Source of the DNA: Bradymonadia bacterium
Lineage (GTDB): Bacteria; Myxococcota_A; Bradymonadia; UBA7976; UBA1532
Reading direction: 5' to 3'
Assembly (NCBI GenBank): GCA_046290225.1
Contig: JBKAGE010000051.1
Span: forward strand, 12,636-76,635
DNA length: 64,000 nucleotides
Both the position numbers and the translations under genes were made by a program. The notes beneath the pieces are model-generated. The model was not told where the DNA came from and searched no databases. It was given only the letters and a program-made list of their open reading frames with translations. The stretch's first letter is position 1. Each line of letters starts with the position of its first letter. This document shows positions 38,364 through 47,404 of this stretch, piece by piece.

Positions 38364-39941
38364 TCAGCCCCTGACCTGGTCGACGTGGCGTTTCACCGTG
38401 CGTCGATCGAGGCCCACTCGCCGAGCCGCTTCGACATAATTGCCTGTTTGGTCATACACATGGGCCACATAGCGCCCTACGACTTCTTCTGCGGTGAGGC
38501 TGCCTCTCTGCATCTCCCGGTGCAGCGGCCCCAGCGGGCCCGTGTCCGGACGCACACCTTCTGCCTGAGGCGTATAAGACCCGCGGATCGCAACATTGCG
38601 CACACACTGCTCGAGCTCGCGCACGTTGCCGGGCCAGGGGTAGTCCGCGGGCATCTGGGTGTTGATCCACCGCAGTACCTCTTCTGCGAGGCCGTCCACC
38701 ACCTCGGTGTCGCCCTGGCCGAAGCCACCGTCACGCTCGAAGGCTGCGCCCTGTCGGGGCCCCGCCACCTTGCCGGCGAGGTGCCAGACCAGGGTCTCGA
38801 CGTCACCCGGTGCGTCGTCGAGCTGTGTGCGCAGGCTCGGCGTGGTGACGAGATCGGCGCACAGTCGATAGTAGAGGTCCTGCCTGAAGTGGCCTTCGGC
38901 AATGCCGGCCATGAGATCGCGGTGGGTGGCAGAGACGATCTTGCCGTGAAACGGCTTGTGATCGGTGTCACCGATGCGCTGGAAGGTGCGGCTTTGCAGC
39001 ACCCGCAGGAGCTTCACCTGAATCGCCGGGTCGAGCTCGCCGATCTCGTCGAGGAACACGGTGCCGTAGGGTTTGCAGACCTCGAGCCAGCCCGCTCGAT
39101 CGCCCAGGGCACCGGTGAACGCGCCGCGCTTGTGACCGAACAGCTCCGACTCGATGAGCGTGGGTGACATGGCCGAGAGGTTGAGCGGGTGAAACGCCCC
39201 TGATGGATCATCGTTGAAGCGCGCGCTCTCACCATCGAAGGGGATGTACCTCGAAAGCCCGATGGCCCGGGCCACGAGCTCCTTGCCGGTGCCCGAGGGG
39301 CCGAGGATCAAGGTGGTAAAGTCCGACATCCGCTGATATAGCGCCCGCTGGTACCGCCGCATGTCATGGGTAAAGACTGACTGCCACACTGAGGCCCGTA
39401 GCCGCCCCGCCGGGGCCGAGGTGCCGATGATGGCAGTGTAGATGTGGTTGAAGGCCCGTCGAATCTGGAACATGGCGGCGAAGCAGTGGGCCGGATCGGC
39501 CTGGGCGGCCACGAGCACCGGAGGCCCGGGCAGATCGGTGAGCCGCCGATGGTCCCGAGCGTAGGCGCTGTAGAAGCTGACCTTCTGGTTGAGCTTGTTG
39601 CTGTCGATGAGCCGCACGAGATCGTCGTCGAACCGGTTGTAGAGCATGTAGAGGGCGAGATCGCCATACAGCCGCCGCTCCCCGGCGCTGGCGGCCTCGG
39701 GCTGATCGACGAGCCGCTGCCGCACCCGCTCGATCCACGCTTCAAGGGGCGGGTTCAAGTTGATGACGTTGGGGTTGGGGGCGCCTGGGGTGAGCCCGGA
39801 CCAGACCGGGCCGCGATCGACGAAGGCTGATCCGAGGGCTTTGCGCTCGGCGGCGAGCCGCTCGGGGGTGAAGGGGTTGCAGTAGGCCAGGGTGGATACG
39901 GCCTCGGCGAAGCGGCGCTCGTCGGCGGTGAGGATGCCCAT
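38364..39941 (-). CDS. Sigma54-dependent transcriptional activator (AAA+) with uncharacterised N-terminal domain
   Basis: GPSGTGKE, ESELFGH, GAFTGA, FLDEIGE, WPGNVREL; C-terminal HTH. Confidence 0.9.
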   Translation of the reverse strand: MGILTADERRFAEAVSTLAYCNPFTPERLAAERKALGSAFVDRGPVWSGLTPGAPNPNVINLNPPLEAWIERVRQRLVDQPEAASAGERRLYGDLALYMLYNRFDDDLVRLIDSNKLNQKVSFYSAYARDHRRLTDLPGPPVLVAAQADPAHCFAAMFQIRRAFNHIYTAIIGTSAPAGRLRASVWQSVFTHDMRRYQRALYQRMSDFTTLILGPSGTGKELVARAIGLSRYIPFDGESARFNDDPSGAFHPLNLSAMSPTLIESELFGHKRGAFTGALGDRAGWLEVCKPYGTVFLDEIGELDPAIQVKLLRVLQSRTFQRIGDTDHKPFHGKIVSATHRDLMAGIAEGHFRQDLYYRLCADLVTTPSLRTQLDDAPGDVETLVWHLAGKVAGPRQGAAFERDGGFGQGDTEVVDGLAEEVLRWINTQMPADYPWPGNVRELEQCVRNVAIRGSYTPQAEGVRPDTGPLGPLHREMQRGSLTAEEVVGRYVAHVYDQTGNYVEAARRVGLDRRTVKRHVDQVRG

Positions 39942-40004
39942 GGGTGATGCTCCTGTTTGGGGGGTTGTACCTCAAATGGGCGGGATTTGGTGAGGACCTT
40001 TTAG

Positions 40005-40049
40005 AGAGAGTTTTCGGGCACGGGCACGGGCACGGGCACGGGCACGAGT
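40005..40049 (+). repeat. (CGGGCA)5 array, second copy
   Basis: AGAGAGTTTT-(CGGGCA)5-CGAGT. Confidence 0.9.
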
Positions 40050-40192
40050 CGAATATCCCTGGGCTTTTTGATGTGTGTTGTGGTGCGGGAAAGGGGGATG
40101 GAAAGGCGCCTTACAACGCTTTTCCGGCACAGATGGTGTGGTGGACTCAAAGTTGATGTTGAAGAGGCTCATTTGTGGAAGGAAGGTGAGGT

Positions 40193-40210
40193 TTGATATC
40201 AATGATATCG
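40193..40210. promoter_or_regulatory. Probable toxin-antitoxin autoregulatory operator
   Basis: Palindrome TTGATATCAA followed by TGATATCG, about 20 bp upstream of the antitoxin start. Confidence 0.55.
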
Positions 40211-40231
40211 CTTGACGGGAAGGAGGCCAAG

Positions 40232-40462
40232 GTGGCCCAACTGATCGTGCGTAATTTGGAAGATACACTGGTACGTGAGCTCAAAATGCGGGCTGCGGCG
40301 AATGGACGATCTGCTGAAGAAGAGCACCGCGAAATTTTGCGGATGGTCCTCGCGCCCAAACCTGCGTTGTCGTTCAAAGAGGCGCTGCTGCTCATGCCCG
40401 ATGTGGGTGAGGATGCCGATTTCGAGCGGCAGGACGATCTGGGCCGTGACGTCGATCTGTGA
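40232..40462 (+). CDS. FitA/VapB-like ribbon-helix-helix antitoxin
   Basis: GTG after AGGAGG; AQLIVRNL..LKMRAAANGRSAEEEHREIL; overlaps the toxin start. Confidence 0.85.
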   Translation: MAQLIVRNLEDTLVRELKMRAAANGRSAEEEHREILRMVLAPKPALSFKEALLLMPDVGEDADFERQDDLGRDVDL

Positions 40463-40875
40463 GTTACTTGATCGACACGAACGTGATCTCAGAGCTGAGG
40501 AAAGGTGAGCGTGCTGATCAGAACGTTGTGCGTTGGTATGCCACTGTCCTTGATGATGAGATCTATCTGAGTGTGATGGTGCTCGGGGAGTTGCGACGAG
40601 GCATCGAAAGCATACGTCGACGAGACCCTCGCACTGCGGTTGTTTTAGACAATTGGTTGAACTTGATCTCTACACAATACGAGAGCCGGATCCTTCACAT
40701 CACACCATCTGTCGTGGATGTTTGGGGCCAACTCAACGTGCCTGACCGGCTGCCTGTGATTGATGGGCTGATTGCCGCGACAGCCCATACACATCACTTG
40801 ATTGTGGTGACGCGGAACACCAAGGACATCGCTCGTGCAGGCGTCCGTGTGCTCAATCCATTTGTAATGACTTGA
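40459..40875 (+). CDS. vapC: VapC/FitB PIN-domain toxin
   Basis: YLIDTNVISE, ELRRG, DGLIAATA, VTRNTKD. Confidence 0.92.
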   Translation: MSYLIDTNVISELRKGERADQNVVRWYATVLDDEIYLSVMVLGELRRGIESIRRRDPRTAVVLDNWLNLISTQYESRILHITPSVVDVWGQLNVPDRLPVIDGLIAATAHTHHLIVVTRNTKDIARAGVRVLNPFVMT

Positions 40876-40897
40876 AGGGTGAAGTCAGGGGGCGTCT

Positions 40898-41800
40898 TCA
40901 GCGCCCCACCGCGGCACCGAGTAGTTCCCAGCAGGCTCTCGTCGTGGTGCGGAAGCCGAAGCCGTTGGGGATGAGCGTCGCAGGTTGAATCGGCGGCAGG
41001 CTGCCTCGGATGTCCGCAGGGATGGGCACGAGGGTGATCTGATTGCGCTGGGCTTGCTTCATCGCCCGGCGTAGATGCCATGCGCTGGTGATCAGCCCCA
41101 CTCGGGTCCAGCCCTCGGCTCGCATGCGTTTGGCCAATTCGGCGATTTCTTCTTTGGTGTTCCGTGCCCGGGCGAGATCGAGGATGTCCGCGTCGGGTAT
41201 CCCGATGTCTCGCCAGATCGTGCGTGTCTCCTTCATCAAGCTGCGCTCGCCACCTGTTTCGAGGCCGGCGACAGAGACACCGGAGGTGATCAGCTTTCGG
41301 GTTTGACCCCTCAGGTAGACCCGAGCGCCTCTGAGCAGCCGATCACCGGTTGGGCCGAGCTGAGGCTCGCCCCAAGGGGTGCGGTTGGTGCCTCCGCCGA
41401 GCACCAGCACTGCATCGAGGGGATCTTCGTCGCTGAGCATGCTGATGTCGTAGTAGTCGACTTCGAGCCAGTTCATCAACGCCGCGCCCACGTAGTTGTT
41501 TCCGGTGAGGCTGTAGGCCACCCAAAGAGCCACGAGCCATTGACCGTGTCGTCGGGCGCCCTTGCGGAGGGTTTGCACGGCGAGGGCAAGCAGGGCCATC
41601 CAGAGCAGCCCGCTGGGCATGGCGAGCTGGCCGAGCCATTTGCTGGCGACGAAGCCGCTCGGCGAGCTGACGAGGGAGAGCCCGGCGAGGGTAGGGGGTA
41701 TGAGCCACAGAGCACGGTGACCACGTTTCCTGGCGCGGAGATCCGCAATGAGCAGTGGGGTGAGGAGCGCACAGAGAAACAGGAGGGTGCTGAAGATCAT
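40898..41800 (-). CDS. YdcF/DUF218 family membrane protein
   Basis: VLVLGGG, ARNTKEE, LITSAWHLRRA; N-terminal TM segments. Confidence 0.85.
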   Translation of the reverse strand: MIFSTLLFLCALLTPLLIADLRARKRGHRALWLIPPTLAGLSLVSSPSGFVASKWLGQLAMPSGLLWMALLALAVQTLRKGARRHGQWLVALWVAYSLTGNNYVGAALMNWLEVDYYDISMLSDEDPLDAVLVLGGGTNRTPWGEPQLGPTGDRLLRGARVYLRGQTRKLITSGVSVAGLETGGERSLMKETRTIWRDIGIPDADILDLARARNTKEEIAELAKRMRAEGWTRVGLITSAWHLRRAMKQAQRNQITLVPIPADIRGSLPPIQPATLIPNGFGFRTTTRACWELLGAAVGR

Positions 41801-41920
41801 GGATCGAGGTTACATCGATCTGTCAGGTGAGCCACCTTCCACTGCCTGAGAAACATTGGGCGACATCAATGTGTACCCCACTGACGCTCAGGCTGCGGTT
41901 GTGAGGGTCTTTGCCATAAC

Positions 41921-44900
41921 TCATGTGACCAATGCGCGGGTCTCTTCTGGCTCCTCTTCCTCGGGGAGCGGCACCTTCTCCGCCAGTCGCTGCAGCACAT
42001 TGCGCACTGCCCCGAGCGTGTCTCGCAGCTCTTCCTCTGTGTATTGATAGTGCAGCTTGAAGTCCGCCGGCGCAGTAAAGCCGCTGCGTGGATCGGACAC
42101 GAGCGCCAGAATCTCTGCCACTGGCAGCGGGGTCTGGGCGTGGAACGTGAACACCACGGCGCCCTTGCCTTGGCGGTCGACGCTGGTGATGGCGAGGTAC
42201 TTCGCCAGCGTGCTGATGCGCATCAGCTCGACGAGGTTCTCTGCGGGGCCTGGCAGCGGGCCGAAGCGATCGGTCATCTCGTCTGCTGCCGAGAGCACAT
42301 CCTCTTCGTCATTGCAGTTCGAGAGGCGCTTGTAGAACACCAGCCGCAGGTGCGTGTCGGGGATGTAGTCCTCGGTGAGGCGGGCATTTACGTCGAGGTT
42401 AAGATCGGGCTCGATCTCGAGCTTCGGCGGCTCGCCTCTCAGCTTGCGCACCGCCTCGTCGAGCAGCTGGGCGTAGAGATCGAGGCCCACGGCGGCGATT
42501 TGACCCTTCTGCTTCGTGCCCAGCAGCTCGCCGGCACCTCGCAGCTCGAGATCGTGGCTCGCCACCTGGAACCCCGAGCCCAGCTCGGTGAACTTCTGAA
42601 TGACCGCCAGGCGCTTGCGGGCGTCCCCGGCGAGGGCGGCCTCGCTGGGCACCAGCAGGTAGCAGTAACCGCGCTCCCGGCCACGGCCCACGCGACCCCG
42701 CAGCTGGTAGAGCTGGGCCAGACCGAAGTGATCCGCATGATCGACGAGCATGGTGTTGGCGTTGCTGATGTCGATGCCGCTCTCGATGATCGTCGTGCTC
42801 AGCAGCACGTTGTATCGACCTTCGGTGAAGTCGAGCATCACCTCTTCGAGGCGGCCGGGATCCATCTGGCCATGGCCCACGACGATGCGGGCCTCGGGCA
42901 CCAGTGACTGCAGCCACGCCTTGCGGGCCTCGATGGAATGCACCCGGTTGTGCACGAAGAACACTTGCCCGCCGCGGCCGAGCTCTCGCAGGACCGCGTC
43001 GCGGACCACCTGATCGGTGGCCCGACACACGAAGGTGCGCACCGAGAGGCGATCTGCCGGGGGCGTGGTGATCACGCTCATGTCCCGGATGCCGCTCATC
43101 GACAGTTGCAGCGTCCGGGGGATCGGGGTGGCGGTCATGCTGAGCACGTCGAGGTTGGCCCGCAGCTCTTTGAGGCGCTCCTTGTCTTTCACCCCGAAGC
43201 GGTGCTCCTCGTCGAGAATCAGCAGCCCGATCGACTTGAACTTCACGTCTTTGCTGAGCACACGGTGGGTGCCCACGACGACGTCGACCTTGCCCAGCTT
43301 GATGTCGGCGATGATCTCCCGCTGGGTCTTCGCGGTGACCAGACGGCTGAGCAGCTCCACGCGGATCGGATACTGGGCGAAGCGGGCCTTGAGGGTCTTG
43401 TAGTGCTGCAGGGCCAGCACCGTGGTGGGCACCAGCAGCGCCACCTGACGGGCGTCGAGGACCGCCTTCATCGCTGCCCGAATGGCCACCTCGGTCTTGC
43501 CGAAGCCCACGTCGCCGCAGAGCAGGCGATCCATGGGGCGCTCTGACTGCATGTCGGCGAGCACTTCATCGATGGCCCGGGCCTGATCGACAGTCTCCTG
43601 GAATGGGAAGGTGGCCTCGAAGCTGCGGTAGTAGTCGTCGGGGGCGCTGTGGGCGAAGCCCCTGGCCATCTCCCGGCGGGCGTAGAGATCGAGCAGGGCG
43701 TAGGCGTCTTCTTCGGCGGTCTTCTGGGCCTTGGCCCTGACCTTCTGCCAGGCCGTGCCTCCGAGCTTGTCGATGCGGGGGTTGCCACCCGACGGGCCTA
43801 CGTATTTCTGTACTCGGCCGAGCTTGTGCACGGGCAGGTACAGCTTGTCCTTGCCGGCGAACTGCAGCACGAGGAAGTCGGCCTCGTGGGCCCCCACCTG
43901 CAGCTTGGTGAGGCCGAGGTAGCGGCCTACGCCGTGATCGGCGTGCACCACGTGCTCGCCCTCTTCGAGCTCTCTGAAGCTCTGCACGAAGGGGTTATCG
44001 GTCTCCACCCGGGCGGCGCGGCGTTTCGGGGCCTTGCGGCCGAAGATCTCCTCGTCGGTGATCAGGGCGAAGCCGTGGGTGAGCAGCCGGAACCCGCCGC
44101 CCACGTCACCCTGCACCAACACCGCGCCACGCTCTTTGCCACTCGTCGGCGGCCGCAGGTAGGCGCGAGGGGCCTCTTCGCCCCGGCTCACCTGTACGCC
44201 GTAGCCCTTGAGCAGGCGCTCGAGGCGGTCGAGCTGGGTCTGCTGACGACAGGCGATGACCACCCGGGCGCCACCGCCGAGGCCTTCGTCGTCGCCCTCG
44301 GTCCAGAGACGCACCGCCTCGGCGAGGGGGCGCAGGGGCTCGCGATCACCCGTGGCCTGTGACAGGGCGTGGCTGATGTCGGTGTTCCCCGGCACCTCGA
44401 AGCGCAGAGCGTCGTCAGGGCCTTCTACGGCACCGAGCTCATCGACGACCTGCACCGTGTGGGCCCGCACTGTGGCTCGCTTGCTCAGCTCGGCGAGGAC
44501 CTCTGCCGGCGAGAGGGCGTGGGACTCCGGTGGCATCACTGCCCGGGGCTCCTCGATGGAGGCTTCGTACTCCGCGGTGTGGCTCTCTCGCAGCCAGCGC
44601 AGCTTCTCGCCGATGGCCATGGGGTCGAGGAGCAGGAACACCGGATCTTCGGGCAGATAATCGAAGAGGGTGCCCAGCTTTTCGTAGAAAGCCGGCCGGA
44701 AACCCTCGATGCCCATGAAGGGGATCCCGTTGGCGAGATCGTCGAGGACCGATTTGAGCTTGCGGGTGGGCAGCTCCGCCACCTCGGCGGCCTGCAAGAT
44801 GCCTTTGCGGGCCCTGCTGCGGTAGGGCTCGATGAGCAGCTCCTCGCGGACCGGCGGCACGATGAGGGTGTCGTAGTCCGCCTCGGGCACACCGTCGACG

Positions 44901-45556
44901 AGGCGGGTGCGCTGAGTGGAGGGGCTGAAGGGGCGCAGGCTGTCCACCTCGTCCCCCCACAGCTCCACCCGTACGGGCTGAGGCAGGTGGGGCGGGTAGA
45001 TGTCCAGGATCCCACCGCGAATCGCGAAGGTGCCCGGGTCCTCCACGGTGCTCACGGCGTGATAGCCGCCGTCGGCGAGGGCCCGCAGGCAGGCGTCGCG
45101 GTCGAGATCTTCTCCCCGCACGATGATGTAGCTGAGATCGAGGAGCAGATCCTTGGGCACCGTGCGCCGGGCCAGGGTGTGGGCCGGCACGATGGTGAAG
45201 CCATTGCCGGTGCCCCAGGCCATCTGGGCGAGCTGGCTGAGCAGCTCCATCACCGCGCCGCGATCAGGGCTGAGATCGCTGTAGGGGCTCGCCTCGATGA
45301 CCGGCAGGTTGATCACGTGGCTGCTGGCCTCGGGATCGTCACCCTGCCCCGAGAAGAAGGCCAGATCGCCCGCCACCCGTCGCGCGTCGGCGCCGTCGGG
45401 GGTGATCAGCACAAAGGGGCGATCGAGGGCGGCCTTGAGCCGTACGGCCACATAGGCCGCCAGCTCGGTGTCCACGCCGGTGAGGTCGATGAGTCGTCGC
45501 CCGCTGCCGAGCGCCTCGAGCAGATCGTCGAGGGGGAAGCGTTCCGTTGCCGCCAT
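41921..45556 (-). CDS. mfd: Transcription-repair coupling factor
   Basis: HGVGRY, CGDVGFGKTEVA, DEEHRFGV, TATPIPRTL, QLRGRVGR; TRCF C-terminus. Confidence 0.98.
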   Translation of the reverse strand: MAATERFPLDDLLEALGSGRRLIDLTGVDTELAAYVAVRLKAALDRPFVLITPDGADARRVAGDLAFFSGQGDDPEASSHVINLPVIEASPYSDLSPDRGAVMELLSQLAQMAWGTGNGFTIVPAHTLARRTVPKDLLLDLSYIIVRGEDLDRDACLRALADGGYHAVSTVEDPGTFAIRGGILDIYPPHLPQPVRVELWGDEVDSLRPFSPSTQRTRLVDGVPEADYDTLIVPPVREELLIEPYRSRARKGILQAAEVAELPTRKLKSVLDDLANGIPFMGIEGFRPAFYEKLGTLFDYLPEDPVFLLLDPMAIGEKLRWLRESHTAEYEASIEEPRAVMPPESHALSPAEVLAELSKRATVRAHTVQVVDELGAVEGPDDALRFEVPGNTDISHALSQATGDREPLRPLAEAVRLWTEGDDEGLGGGARVVIACRQQTQLDRLERLLKGYGVQVSRGEEAPRAYLRPPTSGKERGAVLVQGDVGGGFRLLTHGFALITDEEIFGRKAPKRRAARVETDNPFVQSFRELEEGEHVVHADHGVGRYLGLTKLQVGAHEADFLVLQFAGKDKLYLPVHKLGRVQKYVGPSGGNPRIDKLGGTAWQKVRAKAQKTAEEDAYALLDLYARREMARGFAHSAPDDYYRSFEATFPFQETVDQARAIDEVLADMQSERPMDRLLCGDVGFGKTEVAIRAAMKAVLDARQVALLVPTTVLALQHYKTLKARFAQYPIRVELLSRLVTAKTQREIIADIKLGKVDVVVGTHRVLSKDVKFKSIGLLILDEEHRFGVKDKERLKELRANLDVLSMTATPIPRTLQLSMSGIRDMSVITTPPADRLSVRTFVCRATDQVVRDAVLRELGRGGQVFFVHNRVHSIEARKAWLQSLVPEARIVVGHGQMDPGRLEEVMLDFTEGRYNVLLSTTIIESGIDISNANTMLVDHADHFGLAQLYQLRGRVGRGRERGYCYLLVPSEAALAGDARKRLAVIQKFTELGSGFQVASHDLELRGAGELLGTKQKGQIAAVGLDLYAQLLDEAVRKLRGEPPKLEIEPDLNLDVNARLTEDYIPDTHLRLVFYKRLSNCNDEEDVLSAADEMTDRFGPLPGPAENLVELMRISTLAKYLAITSVDRQGKGAVVFTFHAQTPLPVAEILALVSDPRSGFTAPADFKLHYQYTEEELRDTLGAVRNVLQRLAEKVPLPEEEEPEETRALVT

Positions 45557-45630
45557 GTCGCTTTACCGTAGGTCAGAAGAAATCAAGGTGGGCCCGCTGA
45601 TCATCTGGCGCGCGCTCAGCGCGCGAACGC

Positions 45631-47187
45631 TCAGAGATCGGTGGTCGCCGAGAGACCGAAGACGTGATAGTGGCCGTCGAAGTCGCCGTTCCCTGCAGGG
45701 ACCCACTGGGACTCGTCGGGCTGCTGAATGTCGATGATACCGGCCTCGCTGTTGTCGACGCTCCGGCTGAACATGTGCACATAGGCGTAGCCCACGTCCA
45801 CAGTGACCGGGCCGATGACGTAGCCGGCGCCGATGTGGCCCGAGGCCAGATCGAGGCCGGGGAAGTCGAGGTGGGAGAACTCCTCCGGGCTGGCCCCGGT
45901 CTCGTAGCTGGCGCCGAGACGCACCGTGAGCTCGCCGGGCATCACCTGCCAGTCGCCGCCGAGGCGGAAGCTGTGAGAGTCCTGGTAGTTCCGCCTGTCG
46001 GTGAGGGAGGGCAGGGGCACGTCGGGGATGCTGCCGCCGTTGGCCAGGATCAGGTCCACCTGCTGGGCCTCGAACTCCACCTCGTACCCCTGGTGCACCG
46101 AGTTGGCCTCGAAGACGTAGTCGAACTCGATGTCGAAGATCTCTTCTTGAGTGCGATCGTCGCGGTGCACGTAGCGCACACCTGCCCGGACCACCGTGGG
46201 GTTGTCGAAGCTGAAGGTGATGTCGTTGTTCGGCGTGCCGTCGGCGTTCTCCGGCGTGAGCTCCCCAGCGTACGGGTAGCTACCGATGGTGGGCTCCCCG
46301 GTGCAGGCACCGTTGGCGTCGGGGTTGGGGCACTCGGCGAAGAGGCGCAGGCGGGCCTCGCCAGAGGCTTCGTGACGGAACCCGGGCCGCACGCTCAGGC
46401 CGAACTGCATGCTCGGCGTCGGGGCGTAGTGCACGCCGATGGTGGCCGTGGGGGCGAACCAGTCTTCGAACTCGAGCTCCACCTCAGAGGGCGCCACGCC
46501 CCCAGCGCCCTTGCGGATCGTGGCGAAGACCATGGAGTTCTGCAGGCTCACGCCCACGGAGAGCTCTTTGATGGGCCGCCAGGCCGCCGAGAGGGTGGGG
46601 AACATCTGCAGCAGCTCGGTCTCCATGACCAGCCCATTGGGGAACAGCGTGGCGTCGCGGTTCCCTGCGAGATCGTCGCTGACGTCGGCGCCGGTGCGGG
46701 TGTTGGTGGCGCCCTTCACCGTCCACTGGTTCGGGAACCGGTGGTTGCCGTGGGCCGCGGGGCCGTAGATGCCGAAGCCGAAGCCCCAGTCTGGGAGCTC
46801 TTCGAAGCCGAACTGGCCGGCGATGAAGGGGGCGATGAAGGCCGGGGCGTTCTGCTCTGCGGTCTCGAACTCGATGCGGGTTCGAGGCACCACGTCTTCC
46901 GTGGCCGCCGGCGTGAACCGGTGGGTCAGGTCGACGATGTTCGCTGAGACTGTGAGCCGGAGCCCGGGGCCCTGCAGCGCGAGGCCCGCAGGGTTGTAGT
47001 AGATGGCCGTGGGGTCATCTGCCTTGGCGGTGAAGGCACCGGCCCGTCCGAGTGCCCGAGCGCCATTGTCGGGGTACTCGGTGTTGAAGCCATTGGCCCA
47101 AACCGGGCTGGCCATCGTGAGAGTCATGGCCACGGTGACCCACGAGGGTCGAGGGGTGAGCACACGGAGTGAAGCGGGGTATCGCAT
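45631..47187 (-). CDS. FadL/OmpP1/TodX outer-membrane transport protein
   Basis: Signal peptide then NGF..GARALGRAGAFTAKADDPTAIYYNPAGL. Confidence 0.88.
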   Translation of the reverse strand: MRYPASLRVLTPRPSWVTVAMTLTMASPVWANGFNTEYPDNGARALGRAGAFTAKADDPTAIYYNPAGLALQGPGLRLTVSANIVDLTHRFTPAATEDVVPRTRIEFETAEQNAPAFIAPFIAGQFGFEELPDWGFGFGIYGPAAHGNHRFPNQWTVKGATNTRTGADVSDDLAGNRDATLFPNGLVMETELLQMFPTLSAAWRPIKELSVGVSLQNSMVFATIRKGAGGVAPSEVELEFEDWFAPTATIGVHYAPTPSMQFGLSVRPGFRHEASGEARLRLFAECPNPDANGACTGEPTIGSYPYAGELTPENADGTPNNDITFSFDNPTVVRAGVRYVHRDDRTQEEIFDIEFDYVFEANSVHQGYEVEFEAQQVDLILANGGSIPDVPLPSLTDRRNYQDSHSFRLGGDWQVMPGELTVRLGASYETGASPEEFSHLDFPGLDLASGHIGAGYVIGPVTVDVGYAYVHMFSRSVDNSEAGIIDIQQPDESQWVPAGNGDFDGHYHVFGLSATTDL

Positions 47188-47404
47188 CAATGCCTCCAGA
47201 AAAAACGGGCAGATCGAGCGGCCGGCCTGTGAGGTGGGGTGGGCGGAGCCGAGCGGACGATATTCGGGCCGCCGTTTCGCATCAAGCTGATCCCGCCTTT
47301 GGTCGATTGAAGCACTCAGGGCTGACCTTATGCTGTCCGGGGCGCTGGGTATGACGAAGATGTGGCACACGATGATCGAAGAACCACCAAAGAAATCTAC
47401 AGCC

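Noticed and set aside
38364..39941. RtcR assignment
   Set aside because: No recognisable CARF domain, and the gene is about 35 kb from rtcB.
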